From Nitrospirota bacterium (lineage in GTDB: Bacteria; Nitrospirota; UBA9217): a DNA stretch of 64,000 bases. How positions within the stretch are numbered: the stretch's first letter is position 1; each line of letters opens with the position of its first letter. This document shows positions 52,301 through 61,207 of the stretch, piece by piece. A program made the position numbers and the translations under genes. The stretch lies in assembly GCA_963751455.1 (NCBI GenBank), contig CAVVUN010000006.1, forward strand, positions 1-64,000, in the 5' to 3' direction. Under the pieces are notes generated by a model, which worked only from the letters and a program-made list of their open reading frames with translations, ran no database searches and was not told the DNA's origin.

Positions 52301-53875
52301 AGAACCATTTGAAAGGGGCGTGGAGAAATTCGGCGTTACCGAAATGCGGCTTTTCAAAGGAGTAACGTTTATCGTGACTGTTGAAGGTTCACTGTCCGTG
52401 AAATAGTCATTAACGACGAGCTCAATGACATAAGTTCCCGCTTTATCGGGTGTAAAAGTCGGGCTAGCTCCGCCCGCATCAGTCAACGTTGCTATGCTGC
52501 TGTCATCAGGTTTGGACGCTATGCGCCAAGCATATTTGAGTGGATCTCCGTCTGGATCACTGCTTTCAAAACCATCCAAGGTGATCTCGTAACTCTGCTC
52601 GCCTGTTTGATTCGCGCCTGCATTGGCGACCGGGGCTTGATTGGTTTGTGATAGAGATGCATCACCCGTAGGAGAATACGTGATGCGGTAGGTTTCGGAA
52701 AGCGCGGGGGTGGCAATACCGTTTATGGAGGTTATGAGATTATCAGTGCCGTCTGATTTCGTCCATTGCATATCGATCGTGTACGGTCCTTCGCCTGTTC
52801 CAAATACCTTCATGATGAAATTGCCCTCAAGAGGTTTAACAATCGCAAGCTGTCTGTAAGGTTCATGAGTCTGTTCGATGCCAGCTAAATCACTTATGGG
52901 TTGATCCATATAGTAAAGAGCCATGGGATCTTCATGAAGCGTCAATCCTGTATCGGGGCTATAGCCCGTTCTTCTTCCTTTAGGGTCAATAATTTGGACT
53001 TCGATCGGGGAGTGAAGTGTGATTCTTCCATTGCTCACATCAAGGGTGCCGCTGGCATATACCCCCTGAAATCTAAGCAGTTTAATGAAGCTATAATTAT
53101 CTCGACCATTATAACGCGCATTAAAGCCTTCAGCATATTGGTAATATCTTCCAGGGTCATAATCCCTGTATTCGCCATTCAGCTTATCATAGCCGCCTAC
53201 AACGACAAAGTGAGTTGGATGAAATATCGGTATACCTTCGTCGACATATTCTGTATAAGATATCTGCATTATATCTGGTAAATAAGACTTAGTATCTTTC
53301 TCCAAGAGATCGTTGAACCTTGCCGGATCGGAATTTTTTTCTACCCAGAAGCAGCCAAAGTCCTTTCTCGAGCATCCAATATCACAACAATAGTTCGGGA
53401 CCACGTAATGATTTAGAGTTGGGAAAGGATACTTTTCGTAAAGTTTTCCTGTTGTGTTAATCCAATGGACAGCTGTGCCGTCATAAGTACTATTATCAAC
53501 CATCCAGGTATTAAGCGTACCTGGATCGAGTCTCGTGTCAAGTTTTGGCTGATGGTCGGCATCCGGTACAAATAATATGCTATTCCAATAGTACAACATC
53601 ATTAACGATGTGAGAGCACAGCCTTTTTGGCAAATTGTACCTGGTGAACAAACTTCTCTACCGTTACCCACATCAACCATGCATGGTGGTGTAAGCGTGC
53701 CTCTGCCGGCATAAGTGTTGCATTCCCATCTACTCGAGCTCTCCACCGAGCTACCTCCCAACTGCCAGAATGGGACGATATAATGATTGATATCTTCATC
53801 AGGAACCGCATGGGAAGTGGAAACAGTCAACACTAAAAGAAGGAAAACAACTATTGGGAGATGGCGCCTATACAT
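46370..53875 (-). CDS. 2501-aa secreted multidomain protein: C39-like peptidase, conserved linker, PKD, Ig-like repeats, NHL propeller, further Ig-like domains
   Basis: Signal peptide (..STSHA). FWQ...TICQKGCALTS...PGTLN.W...HFVVVGGYD...YDPG gives Q/C/H/D catalytic residues. NQAPVANAG..DPDGD.L.Y.W is PKD-like. About six KFDxNGxFxxKWGSxGxGNGQF NHL repeats. DTTPPVT and D..SGV....YRID repeats. Confidence 0.8.
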   Translation of the reverse strand: MYRRHLPIVVFLLLVLTVSTSHAVPDEDINHYIVPFWQLGGSSVESSSRWECNTYAGRGTLTPPCMVDVGNGREVCSPGTICQKGCALTSLMMLYYWNSILFVPDADHQPKLDTRLDPGTLNTWMVDNSTYDGTAVHWINTTGKLYEKYPFPTLNHYVVPNYCCDIGCSRKDFGCFWVEKNSDPARFNDLLEKDTKSYLPDIMQISYTEYVDEGIPIFHPTHFVVVGGYDKLNGEYRDYDPGRYYQYAEGFNARYNGRDNYSFIKLLRFQGVYASGTLDVSNGRITLHSPIEVQIIDPKGRRTGYSPDTGLTLHEDPMALYYMDQPISDLAGIEQTHEPYRQLAIVKPLEGNFIMKVFGTGEGPYTIDMQWTKSDGTDNLITSINGIATPALSETYRITYSPTGDASLSQTNQAPVANAGANQTGEQSYEITLDGFESSDPDGDPLKYAWRIASKPDDSSIATLTDAGGASPTFTPDKAGTYVIELVVNDYFTDSEPSTVTINVTPLKSRISVTPNFSTPLSNGSTAISFGVNNIGRIGVTSGTLNVILSDPSGAIVATGTRTFSIEVGQTTTITVPSTPLPMLKFGNYTLSFTQSDETGTINHTTISIPNSSAASFSFDKITYRMRETANLKMNLMNTGKFSQDEMTVTLAVADTGYSQTTTVSLSPSTTRELVFSFMIPDTITSGRHGVNVTITSLSGDSITALTSFAVQGSDLIVDSSVATQIAAGDVVTVWVENEGAVDTTYATEKIVITDTEGEVLYQSSVSGEILAGERKVLTSIPIPAQTAGGIVFLNIVVKDLKTGNLAQLNKIFNVEGLVTSLLSRTDQQTYQSTDTITAISTLANSSRGVENGTLDIKVYKNKQPSGGVFTQFIPETGTSQGSGNGQFKWPQGIAVASDGSIYVADSYNHRIQKFDRDGNYITKWGSYGSGNGLFIYPYGIAVSRDGYVYVVDHGNNRIQKFNANGQFVYKWGSYGYGNGQFASANGIAIDSNGSIYVSDTVINRIQKFNANGGFITKWGSYGTGNGQFNFPINMAVGPDGSVYVVDSDNYRIQKFDPSGNFIIKWGSSGYGNGQFYYPRGIAVDANGFVYIGETLNNRVQKFDSNGNFKAKWGSSGSGDGQFQSVPEIGVNAEGIVYAIDSGNNRIQRMLPFSIGGSESIFETTIPINQEPNSNNDYTINIGSLNTLGKLYLETTLKNNLGQTIARSGYPFYIVNSGIVLFFAPDKKIYRQGETVTISGEVKNITTINATNLKLIIKSQKSDGSLQTIHTENINVPASGTHTFTTTATAGLEGVVFLIGSVSQTATLAEITDQYEIANPKATMSISGPDIADRKPFYLNVELKNTGRIDINIQYTVYNSSWDAIDTDSLTIPASETRLLQYNQQIDRTMTYRVYVTGDVYQTASKIVTYGEAAQITIGSGNQTPSGLYPEGKITVPVTITNTGTIDETISVTYSLQPSVLSLTKSYFLAKGETFTDTLTFDVIQGTCWLYAESSQPYSYASSSFTVARENDVTMSTASGSQEKTGLIPVTMNIVNNGYNIVNGTITLAVMDNFGKAVWRGETPVSGLEAHDSMNYLINLDPAGIISGAYPVEVNLYTSSGSLLATNQSQVRVSGPIFEITSIPTSPIFTVGKAATLNFTIKNTGTLAGSADFSVKAMDVLNQMASNVLQPGEEKVLAFNFAVPEDAQATDYLVDYNLAAAASQGTSGKTRFSVAGVNVAVTASLDKQIYYNDDTAVLTMNVEKQTQFEDGTYVAIIRYGAHHDMQTFTLTSQPATPTFNVPLGTLSRDRLFYGVYFQSGGNIFQNSLPINTLPVVTIVSPVQNSTYNSAVGISAAVLDGGLGIGAVEYRVDDGPWNTLPLIAASGRYEAIWQPVLADNGNHTVGFKASDTAGHTTIPLSVGFTVQMDTTPPVTVLSLGTPKYEVNGQVFVSGSTHIELNATDDFAGVAKTEYRVDEGPFETYTGPVELGAYQDGVRTITFRSVDNIGNIETENSYAVNLDKEQAITELSGSDPLSPGIVNIVSPKTLFTLNGTDNLSGVRTTTYRIDEGEWQGYTGSFGLTELASGTHTITYKSIDNVLNEEAEKSLTVRLIVIDNIEKAIGVEPVVLVGVWSDKSDREQKQADIRQLDALLASLRVNYMIAGNMDDFTSGLRSGRYNTYILIDVKEPVVSEELREAVYFGDGLIFLKTRQDANPFLDDVFGVKLTGKTTRPDLAVNLESSFISNEGELKLLGKAIVATISAETAQAYGTVMDKQQMVPVIISNQYGKGRSLLYTFDLLNSSDQTQAAALMVNSINHVRPLEHSARAMDSVPLQTGVKNSSEPVTVRIIETVPADTTADSIVPEGIAMEGSIAWQKTIASNENARFGYALNLPDRAGEYTAITEVFYDNNGIFVSYGRYPLTLIVLNSSDQLLRGVITDLTNITMASMSDAETINEAIDALHRVNANASTGKEAEDNLKFIIKATDEIKKLSMDVASIRLKLSELIKIWEKKWYLMKLAN
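50420..51240 (-). repeat. Coding NHL repeats (about 47 aa period)
   Basis: Repeated GQFxxPxGIAV...YVxD..NxRIQKF units. Confidence 0.85.
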
Positions 53876-53895
53876 TTGTTCCTCCTTGGGTGAGG

Positions 53896-55893
53896 TTATC
53901 TATTCTTAGGCTCACATTCAAAAACTTCGGAAACATGCCACGGATATTTACGCACAGGTTTTCTTATCCTCTTCCAGGTTTTTCCACCCTCGGTCGTAAT
54001 AAAAAACCATGCCTTCGTTGTGGGAATAACACCGCGGTCTTTATCAAGAAAAATGAGGTCATAGCCGATAACGCTCGGTTCTTCTTTCGTCCACGTGTTT
54101 CCACCATCTTCGGTAAACAAAAGCCAACCGAAGCCCTCTTCGCTTCTTCCAGTTACCCAACCGGTTTTATTATCCGTAAAAAAAATCCCATTTAGCCATG
54201 CATTGTCTTTCTTATGTTGAAGATTCCATTTTTTGCCGCCGTCCTCGGTATATAGAATAATTCCTGTCCATCCCGCAGCGCCTTCTATTGCTTTGGTGCC
54301 AATAATCCATCCAAATTTAGTATCTAAAAAATGAATATTTCTAAGAAAGTAGTCAGTGCTTCCACTTGCTTGATGTTCCCAACGCTTGCCGCCGTCCGTT
54401 GTGTGAAGAATCATTCCTTGATTACCGACAACCCATCCATTCTCTCGATCAATAAAAGAGACTTCAAATAATCCCGTTCTCAATCTATCGTGTCCCATTA
54501 ATTCTTTAAATTGCGTTGACCAGGTTTTTCCGCCATCGGCGGTATATTTGATTACGCCATAAACTTTATCGATTTCCTTCCGCTCGTTCCTTTCCTCTAT
54601 TGTCCCTACCGCCCAGCCTGTGGAAGAATCTGAGAAAAACAGGCCCCGCACCCATATTCCAACCTCTTGATTCTGTCGTGTGCGACCGCCATCGTCCGTT
54701 CGGCAGATATAGGTAGTGTAATCTCTGGGAGCGTAAATCCACCCTGTTTTTTTATCGACAAAAAAGACGGCAGAGCCGCATTCATCACGTCGTGCTGCCA
54801 TTTTCCATGTCTTACCGCCATCTTCAGTCTTCATGATTTGGCCGTCATCTCCAACGGCCCAGCCGAAAGAAGATCTCGGAAAGGAGATTCCATGTATTTG
54901 TACTAGAAAATCATCTATCCTTTTCGAGTGTTCCGGTAGGACTCCTAGTTTTTCCTTCCATGTTTTTCCTTCATCCGCTGTACAGAAGATGGTCGATCCC
55001 GCTGTACATCCACTTCTCTTGTCCATGAAGGATATTCGGTTGAGAGCATATGACGACCCAGCATGAAGCTGATCGACCCATGTCTTTCCTCCGTCTTTGC
55101 TATGGAAAATGGAGCCTAAACCGATTACAGCCCATCCATTTTTATCATCCGTAAAGAAGATACACCCCCTATCCCATTTGAGCGGAATTTCTGCTCTCCT
55201 CGAGTGACCAGGTGAACCAAAAAACGGTAGTTCAACCGGAAGCTTGCTCTCCTCCCACTTTTTGCCTCCATTTGTCGTCCTATACACTTCATCCCCGGCC
55301 AATAACCAGCCTGTCTGAGGATTAATAAAATATACGCTTGTAATGAGGCGGTTTATGCTGATGTTCACTGTCTCCCATTTTTTTCCTCCATCTATCGTGT
55401 GAAGCACAATCCCCTGAACCTTTATCTCATGTGAAGATTGTTTGCCATCTGCTCCTACCGCCCATCCTTCCTTTTCGTTTAAGAAAAAAAGACTCTTTAG
55501 GACTGCTTTAATCTCTGATTGTATGGCCCACGTCTTGCCGCCATCTCCCGTGTGTAAGATTATTCCTCGATTACCGACCGCCCAACCATTCTTTTCATTT
55601 ACAAAAGTAATATCGAGCAAGTCCTGCGCTATTCCACTTTCTTGCGCTGCCCATGTCTCGCCCGCATCTTCGGTAAAGAGAATGATACCCTGTTCCCCCG
55701 CAACCCAACCCTTCTTCGACGTAACAAATTTCACTCCAAGAAGATTATTTGATGTTGGATATGGATTCTGATATACCCAGCCGTTCCAGCTCCCGGCAAA
55801 GGATTGCATTGGGATAACGGTCAGGATTACGGTAATGGTAATAAGCATCGCAATCTTGTCTTTTTCCATAAATTTCATCATTTTATTTCCCAT
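53896..55893 (-). CDS. Secreted YCF48/BNR-repeat beta-propeller protein (cassette 1)
   Basis: Signal peptide; many F.....GW.VG..G.I..T.DGGKTW repeats. Confidence 0.88.
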   Translation of the reverse strand: MGNKMMKFMEKDKIAMLITITVILTVIPMQSFAGSWNGWVYQNPYPTSNNLLGVKFVTSKKGWVAGEQGIILFTEDAGETWAAQESGIAQDLLDITFVNEKNGWAVGNRGIILHTGDGGKTWAIQSEIKAVLKSLFFLNEKEGWAVGADGKQSSHEIKVQGIVLHTIDGGKKWETVNISINRLITSVYFINPQTGWLLAGDEVYRTTNGGKKWEESKLPVELPFFGSPGHSRRAEIPLKWDRGCIFFTDDKNGWAVIGLGSIFHSKDGGKTWVDQLHAGSSYALNRISFMDKRSGCTAGSTIFCTADEGKTWKEKLGVLPEHSKRIDDFLVQIHGISFPRSSFGWAVGDDGQIMKTEDGGKTWKMAARRDECGSAVFFVDKKTGWIYAPRDYTTYICRTDDGGRTRQNQEVGIWVRGLFFSDSSTGWAVGTIEERNERKEIDKVYGVIKYTADGGKTWSTQFKELMGHDRLRTGLFEVSFIDRENGWVVGNQGMILHTTDGGKRWEHQASGSTDYFLRNIHFLDTKFGWIIGTKAIEGAAGWTGIILYTEDGGKKWNLQHKKDNAWLNGIFFTDNKTGWVTGRSEEGFGWLLFTEDGGNTWTKEEPSVIGYDLIFLDKDRGVIPTTKAWFFITTEGGKTWKRIRKPVRKYPWHVSEVFECEPKNR

Positions 55894-56182
55894 CTCCTTA
55901 AATCAAGAAAAAACTTTTTGTCTTCGGAGGAATGCCCGATTGCAATTCGTGGATAATTTGAAACATAACATTTCCTCCAAAACAGACCAAACAGTCAAAT
56001 CGATTTTATCGCTCTGCTTTTTTAAAAATTAAACGCGTGGTGAGGGGTTCCAAGGGATGTCGGCAAATCAGAATATTTGAAGCAGAAACCTCAAGTTGCT
56101 ATTGCATATTGTTACATAATATTATATGTTTGTCTCGGCTATTCTTGCTATTTTATTCGGCATTTCTTGCTGTCAATTTTTT

Positions 56183-57571
56183 GGTAGCGTTGTCAAGTGG
56201 AGACCTGACAAAAGCCCCCCATTTTACGCGCATTATGCATCAAATCCGTTATAGTAATAAGCCAGCCGGACTTTCATGACATTCAGCGCTCCGGCCTCGG
56301 TCCACTTGCTCACGTTTACCCGCATATTGACCGTGCGCATGAGTCGCTCCACCTTGCTCGTGGTCTTACCGTCTAATCTCTTCTTGATCGCCGTAAACAT
56401 ATCCGGGCGGGCATTTTCAAGATAAGCGGCTGTGTGAGTATATTCTCTCTCAGCGCACCGCTTTATCAGTTCATCCAGCCGGGCCTTCTTCGAAGCGATC
56501 ATCGCGGCTATCGTCTGCTTGTCGTCTACAAACGGCCGTATCGCGCAGATTTCCATCAGCTCCACGATCACATACAACCAGTCCTCGCTCTTACGCTTCA
56601 CTTTGTCCTGCCACAACACATACTTCGCTTGATAGGGAATATGCCACAAGCAGCGCTGAACAATTATCTTCACCTTCCCCTTAAGAGCATCCAGGATGGA
56701 GGTGTCGCCGTCGGTGATTAAGGAAAACGGACGGGTGAAGCTCCCCAGAGCCTTGAGACTCTTCTTGAAAAGGTTGTCCCAGGACCCGTTATAATTCCCG
56801 ATATCAAGGCCCGCCACCCGCACGCCGCCACCCTTCTTGTACTGTATGAACGCCTTCAATTCCTTCCCGCGCTTCTTGATTCCCTTGATGCCGATCCCGG
56901 TCCCGTCAGCCTCGCCCTGGGGAAGCTCCTTTTCATCAACCTTGAACTCTATTTCCGACCCCGTCTTTTGGACAGCGCTCCAGACCGTCATCTTGTCCAC
57001 GGCCCAGCCGAACATCTTGCCGATCTTCTCCGCCACACGAAAGGTTGTCAAGGAACCCAGAAGCCCAAGCTTTCGATAAATTTCTGCCGCTATTCGCTTT
57101 TTCGGCTTCATTCCGAGCAGCTTTCGGGTGATGTAGAGCTTACTCCCACAGCGTTTGCAAACAACCTGGAGCTGCTGTAACCAGACCCATTGGTAAAAGG
57201 CATGAATCTTAGTCTTTTTCCCGTGCCGCGTCTTCCATGTGAATTCCCGATCATTGCCGCACCCGCAGGCAAAAGGCTTTTTCTTAAGAGCCATCACATG
57301 CTCGCCAAAGCCTACAAGCACTTTCTGAATGAAGTCCGTCAAAATCTGCGGCAAAAGCTCGGCAAAGGCGGCGAGTATTGATGAAAGAGAGCTGTCCTTC
57401 AAATGCACTTCAAATTGACAATCAAAACTGATGGTGATACCTTTCCTTTGTGGGGTAACACCCATATTGCCCTCCTGTTTTATGGTTAGTTTCGTCCAAA
57501 ACTATTATCCATAAAATGGAGGGCAATTTGTTGTTACTTCATGTCCAAAGTCTCTCCTTTTCTACACTACC
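56183..57571 (-). mobile_element. Insertion sequence, ISH6/ISLre2-like (Mutator/IS256 superfamily), 1389 bp
   Basis: Imperfect terminal inverted repeats GGTAGCGTTGTCAAGTGGAGAC / GGTAGTGTAGAAAAGGAGAGAC. 8-bp target duplication AATTTTTT at 56175-56182 and 57572-57579. Confidence 0.85.
56233..57465 (-). CDS. DDE transposase
   Basis: EADGT, ITDGD, QRCLWH, TTSKVERLMR motifs. Confidence 0.88.
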   Translation of the reverse strand: MGVTPQRKGITISFDCQFEVHLKDSSLSSILAAFAELLPQILTDFIQKVLVGFGEHVMALKKKPFACGCGNDREFTWKTRHGKKTKIHAFYQWVWLQQLQVVCKRCGSKLYITRKLLGMKPKKRIAAEIYRKLGLLGSLTTFRVAEKIGKMFGWAVDKMTVWSAVQKTGSEIEFKVDEKELPQGEADGTGIGIKGIKKRGKELKAFIQYKKGGGVRVAGLDIGNYNGSWDNLFKKSLKALGSFTRPFSLITDGDTSILDALKGKVKIIVQRCLWHIPYQAKYVLWQDKVKRKSEDWLYVIVELMEICAIRPFVDDKQTIAAMIASKKARLDELIKRCAEREYTHTAAYLENARPDMFTAIKKRLDGKTTSKVERLMRTVNMRVNVSKWTEAGALNVMKVRLAYYYNGFDA

Positions 57572-57577
57572 AATTTT

Positions 57578-59135
57578 TTAAGCATGAATCGTGACTGTTG
57601 AAGTTTCACTGTCCGTGAAATAGTCATTGACGACGAGCTGCAGGACATACGTTCCGGCTTTATCAGGCGTAAAAGTCGGCATGACCGCGGTCGCATCAGA
57701 TAGCATCGCTATGCTGTCATCAGGTTTTGTCACCATGCGCCATGCATATTTAAGCGGATCGCCGTCCGGATCATTGCTTGCAGTACCATCGAGGGTAATC
57801 TCATAACTCTGCTCGCCGGTTTGATTTGTGCCTGCATTCGCGATTGGCGCTTGATTGGTTTGTGAGAGGGATGCATCGCCGGTAGGAGAATATGTGATGC
57901 GGTAGCTTTCAAGCAAGGTTGGCGTTGCGGTTCCCGTTATGGAAGTATTGAGATTCTCCGTACCGTCATCTTTTATTCCCTGCATGTCGATCGTGTATGG
58001 CCCGTCACCTGTGCCAAAAATTTTGAGGATATAATTACCTGCAATAGGCTTGACAATATTTAGTATCTTTACAGGCTCCTCAGGAACATCGTCACCGTCC
58101 AGAGAACTCGGTGGTTCCTCAGAAAAATAGAGAGACAACGGATTTTCCTGCAATTTTAAGCCTGTCTCGGGATCATACCCTGTTCTTCTATTCATCGGAT
58201 CAATGATCTGAATTTCAACGGGTGAATGCACGCTGATCCGGAATTCGCTATTCAGATCTGATCTACTGTAGACACCGATATACCTGTATAGTTGCACGAA
58301 AGCAAGATTAGTGTAATACCCTCCTAAAGGCTGTGGAGGTTCAAAATTAGGATTCGGGTTTGTTCGGCCTGGATCGTAAGCGCTATAGCGACCAAGTTCA
58401 GTGCCAGCAAACGTCGAGTCATACCCCGCCACAAGAACAAAATGCACAGGATGATCTCCTCCACCAATGTCGCGCCCTGATATTTTCACAATATCTGGAC
58501 GCCCATGAGAGAGATCCAAGTCCAAGAGGTCCTGGGCTGATGGAAGGCTCCGCGATGAATCGTTCCATCTTGGAATATAGCAGTCGTAATTTTCTGATGC
58601 AAAATGCGGCACCGGGGAGTCATAACATTTCAAGTTGCGCTTAACAAGCGTTTTCCAGTCAGGCCAGGGCCAACCGTCGTAGTAATATTTTGATACTGCG
58701 TCGTCCCAGACCAAGGTTTTTGCTCGAGTTATAGCTTCTATTATCTGTTAACCAAGCATTAAGCGTTCCCGGGTTGAGAGATGAATATAGATAATCTAAA
58801 TAGGGATATTGAGGGTCATCAAAAAAATCGGGCAAATGATTCTGGTTCGGAATCCATTTCATTTCATAATATCTATAGAGCATTGCGAGGGCCGTCGTGG
58901 TACAGCCTGAGCGTGACATCGTGCCAGGGGTACTTTTAGTGCAATTTTCAATTCTTCCATGACCTGGATCGGCAAAAATATCACACTGCCATCCGCCGCT
59001 AAATTGTGTCCACCAGCGCGTATAGAGTTCAAGTTTTCCACCTGACGGCACTGATGGTACGGCGTGTGCCGTGGATGCTGCCAAAACAAAGAGGATCATT
59101 ATCGCAAGGTGCATCGAATATCGTTTCATCAGCAT
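57578..59135 (-). pseudogene. Orphan paralog of the N-terminal ~500 aa of the giant protein (signal peptide, C39-like peptidase, linker, PKD), frameshifted at an A5 run near 58719
   Basis: ORFs 58659..59171 and 57578..58714 join by removing one A. Motifs WWTQ, TMSRSGCTTTALAM, PGTLNAW, HFVLVAGYD, YDPG, then HSPVEIQIIDP...VVNDYFTDSETSTVTIHA-stop. Confidence 0.8.
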
Positions 59136-59251
59136 ATCACACCCCCTGGGGAATATCATGAGCAGCAGCAATCCCTTTCCTCTTGGACTATCTAAAATTG
59201 GAATAGCATTCCAGCTTAGAATAGTTCCATTCTTTTTTGCCCTATTGAAAG

Positions 59252-61207
59252 TTATTTCTTTTTCTCAAATAAATCCGAAAAATGCCATGGGTATTTGGAT
59301 AAAATCCTTCTTGGCTTCTTCCATGTGACTCCTCGGTCTTCTGTAATTGCGGGCCACCCCTTCTCCGAGATAAGCACACCCCGACTGTCATTAAAAGCAG
59401 GATAAATCATACCGACTTGTCCCAAATCTGTCTCCGTCCATGTTTTCCCACCATCTGTTGTATGGAAAACCATGCTGACCTCACCCCATTCAGTCGCACC
59501 TGTTGCCCATCCGTTATTGTTATCGTTGAAGGCCACATTATGTAATCCCACACCTCTCGCAGTATATTGAGCTTCCCAGTGGATTCCTCCGTCCGTTGTA
59601 TGAAGAACAACGCCTGACCACTCCCCCTCACGCGATTTTATTCCCGCTATCCAGCCCGTTTTCGAATCGATAAACTGCACAGCTCTTAATTGCGATATAG
59701 GATCGTCACTTTTCTGAAGTTCCCAGTGTTCGCCGCCGTCAACGGTATGAATAATTGTGCCTCTCTGCCCTACGACCCAACCGATTCGATCATTTAAAAA
59801 AAACAAATTAAAAAAACCGCCTTGAAATCGAAAATTCTCGGAGCCACCCATAAATTTTTTAAATTGCGTTTTCCACGTCTTTCCGCCATCTTTCGTCTGC
59901 CTTATAATCCCCCATCCTTTTGTCACCGCACCTGAATTTTCCTCGATCTCTCCAGCTGCCCAGCCTAATGTTTTATTAACAAAGAAAACACCAAAAACAC
60001 TTAATCCCGTTTCCTGTCTTTGGAAAGAGTGACCACCGTCATCTGTTCTGCAAATATAAGCTGACCATAAGCCGTGAACCCATCCCGTATTTTTATCAAT
60101 AAAAAAAGAATTTCTTCCGCAGTCGTTAGTTCGCGCGGCCATTTGCCAAGTTTTTCCGCCGTCTTCGGTCTTCCTGATTTGGCCGTTTATTCCGACAGTC
60201 CAGCCAGATTTATTTACGAAAGAAATACCATGTAATTCCAGATAATTGATATCATTAATTTTCACGGATAGTTTTGTTAATCGTTCTTTCCATGTCTTCC
60301 CGCTATCTTCGGTACAAACTATATTCGATCCTGTTGCGCAGCCGTTTTTATCATCGCTAAAGGAGATGTGCCTCAGATCATAAGCCATCACTTTAACGGG
60401 GAATCGATTGGTCCAGGTCTTTCCTCCGTCATTGGTAAAATAAATCGGAGAGAAACCCGTTACAACCCACCCCTTTTTCTCGTTGAAAAAATATAATTCT
60501 CCCCAACTCCATTCGGGCGGCACGAGTTCAAACGAACCTGTTCCAAAACGCCCGTGCGCAGGCAGCCTTAAATCAAGTCTGGCTTCGTCCCATTTTTTTC
60601 CTCCGTCCACAGTTCGGTAAACCCGGTCACCTGCAAGCAACCACCCTACTTGAGAACTGATAAAGTAGACGCTCGCAATAGAACGCCTGGTGTCGATGAC
60701 TTGCCTTTCCCATTTCTTTCCTCCATCCGTTGTGTGAAGCAATATGCCTTCATTTCCCACGATCCAGCCTTCCTTGTCATTTAGAAAGAAAAGGCCGTTA
60801 AGCGGTAAATTGAAATCGCCGTCTTGTTGGATCCAGGTCTTACCACCATCATTGGTATGAATGATGACTCCCTTCACTCTTGTCGCGCTCTCTCCGCCTA
60901 CAGCCCATCCTTGACGTTCATTGACAAAGAAAAGGCTTTTGATAATCCGCTCAGTTCCGCTCTCCTGGTGTTCCCACGTGTCGCCGCCGTCTTCAGTGTA
61001 CAGAATCGTCCCCTGCTCTCCGGCTATCCAGCCCTTCTTCGGGGTAACAAACTTGACTGCATAGAGATTGTTCGACGTGGGATACGGGTCCTGATAGATC
61101 CAGCCGTTCCAGCTCCCGGCATCCGATACAGTAGGAATGAATCCAAGAAAAAGGGCTGCGACGATCAGGGTCGACAATGCATTATTGGTCTTTATAAACT
61201 TATTCAT
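59252..61207 (-). CDS. Secreted YCF48/BNR-repeat beta-propeller protein (cassette 2)
   Basis: Paralog of 53896..55893 with the same GSWNGWxYQxPYPTSNNL start and KYPWHxSxxFE end. Confidence 0.88.
   Translation of the reverse strand: MNKFIKTNNALSTLIVAALFLGFIPTVSDAGSWNGWIYQDPYPTSNNLYAVKFVTPKKGWIAGEQGTILYTEDGGDTWEHQESGTERIIKSLFFVNERQGWAVGGESATRVKGVIIHTNDGGKTWIQQDGDFNLPLNGLFFLNDKEGWIVGNEGILLHTTDGGKKWERQVIDTRRSIASVYFISSQVGWLLAGDRVYRTVDGGKKWDEARLDLRLPAHGRFGTGSFELVPPEWSWGELYFFNEKKGWVVTGFSPIYFTNDGGKTWTNRFPVKVMAYDLRHISFSDDKNGCATGSNIVCTEDSGKTWKERLTKLSVKINDINYLELHGISFVNKSGWTVGINGQIRKTEDGGKTWQMAARTNDCGRNSFFIDKNTGWVHGLWSAYICRTDDGGHSFQRQETGLSVFGVFFVNKTLGWAAGEIEENSGAVTKGWGIIRQTKDGGKTWKTQFKKFMGGSENFRFQGGFFNLFFLNDRIGWVVGQRGTIIHTVDGGEHWELQKSDDPISQLRAVQFIDSKTGWIAGIKSREGEWSGVVLHTTDGGIHWEAQYTARGVGLHNVAFNDNNNGWATGATEWGEVSMVFHTTDGGKTWTETDLGQVGMIYPAFNDSRGVLISEKGWPAITEDRGVTWKKPRRILSKYPWHFSDLFEKKK

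Noticed and set aside
56183-57580. IS insertion as the cause of truncation of the second peptidase gene
   Set aside because: The IS has a clean 8-bp target duplication. Removing it still leaves TAA after TVTIHA, and no scaffold continuation exists on the other side, so the gene was already short.
52371-58228. Duplicated blocks as a diversity-generating retroelement TR/VR pair
   Set aside because: Mismatches are largely synonymous and not adenine-specific, and no reverse transcriptase is present. The same applies to the ABC gene duplicate.
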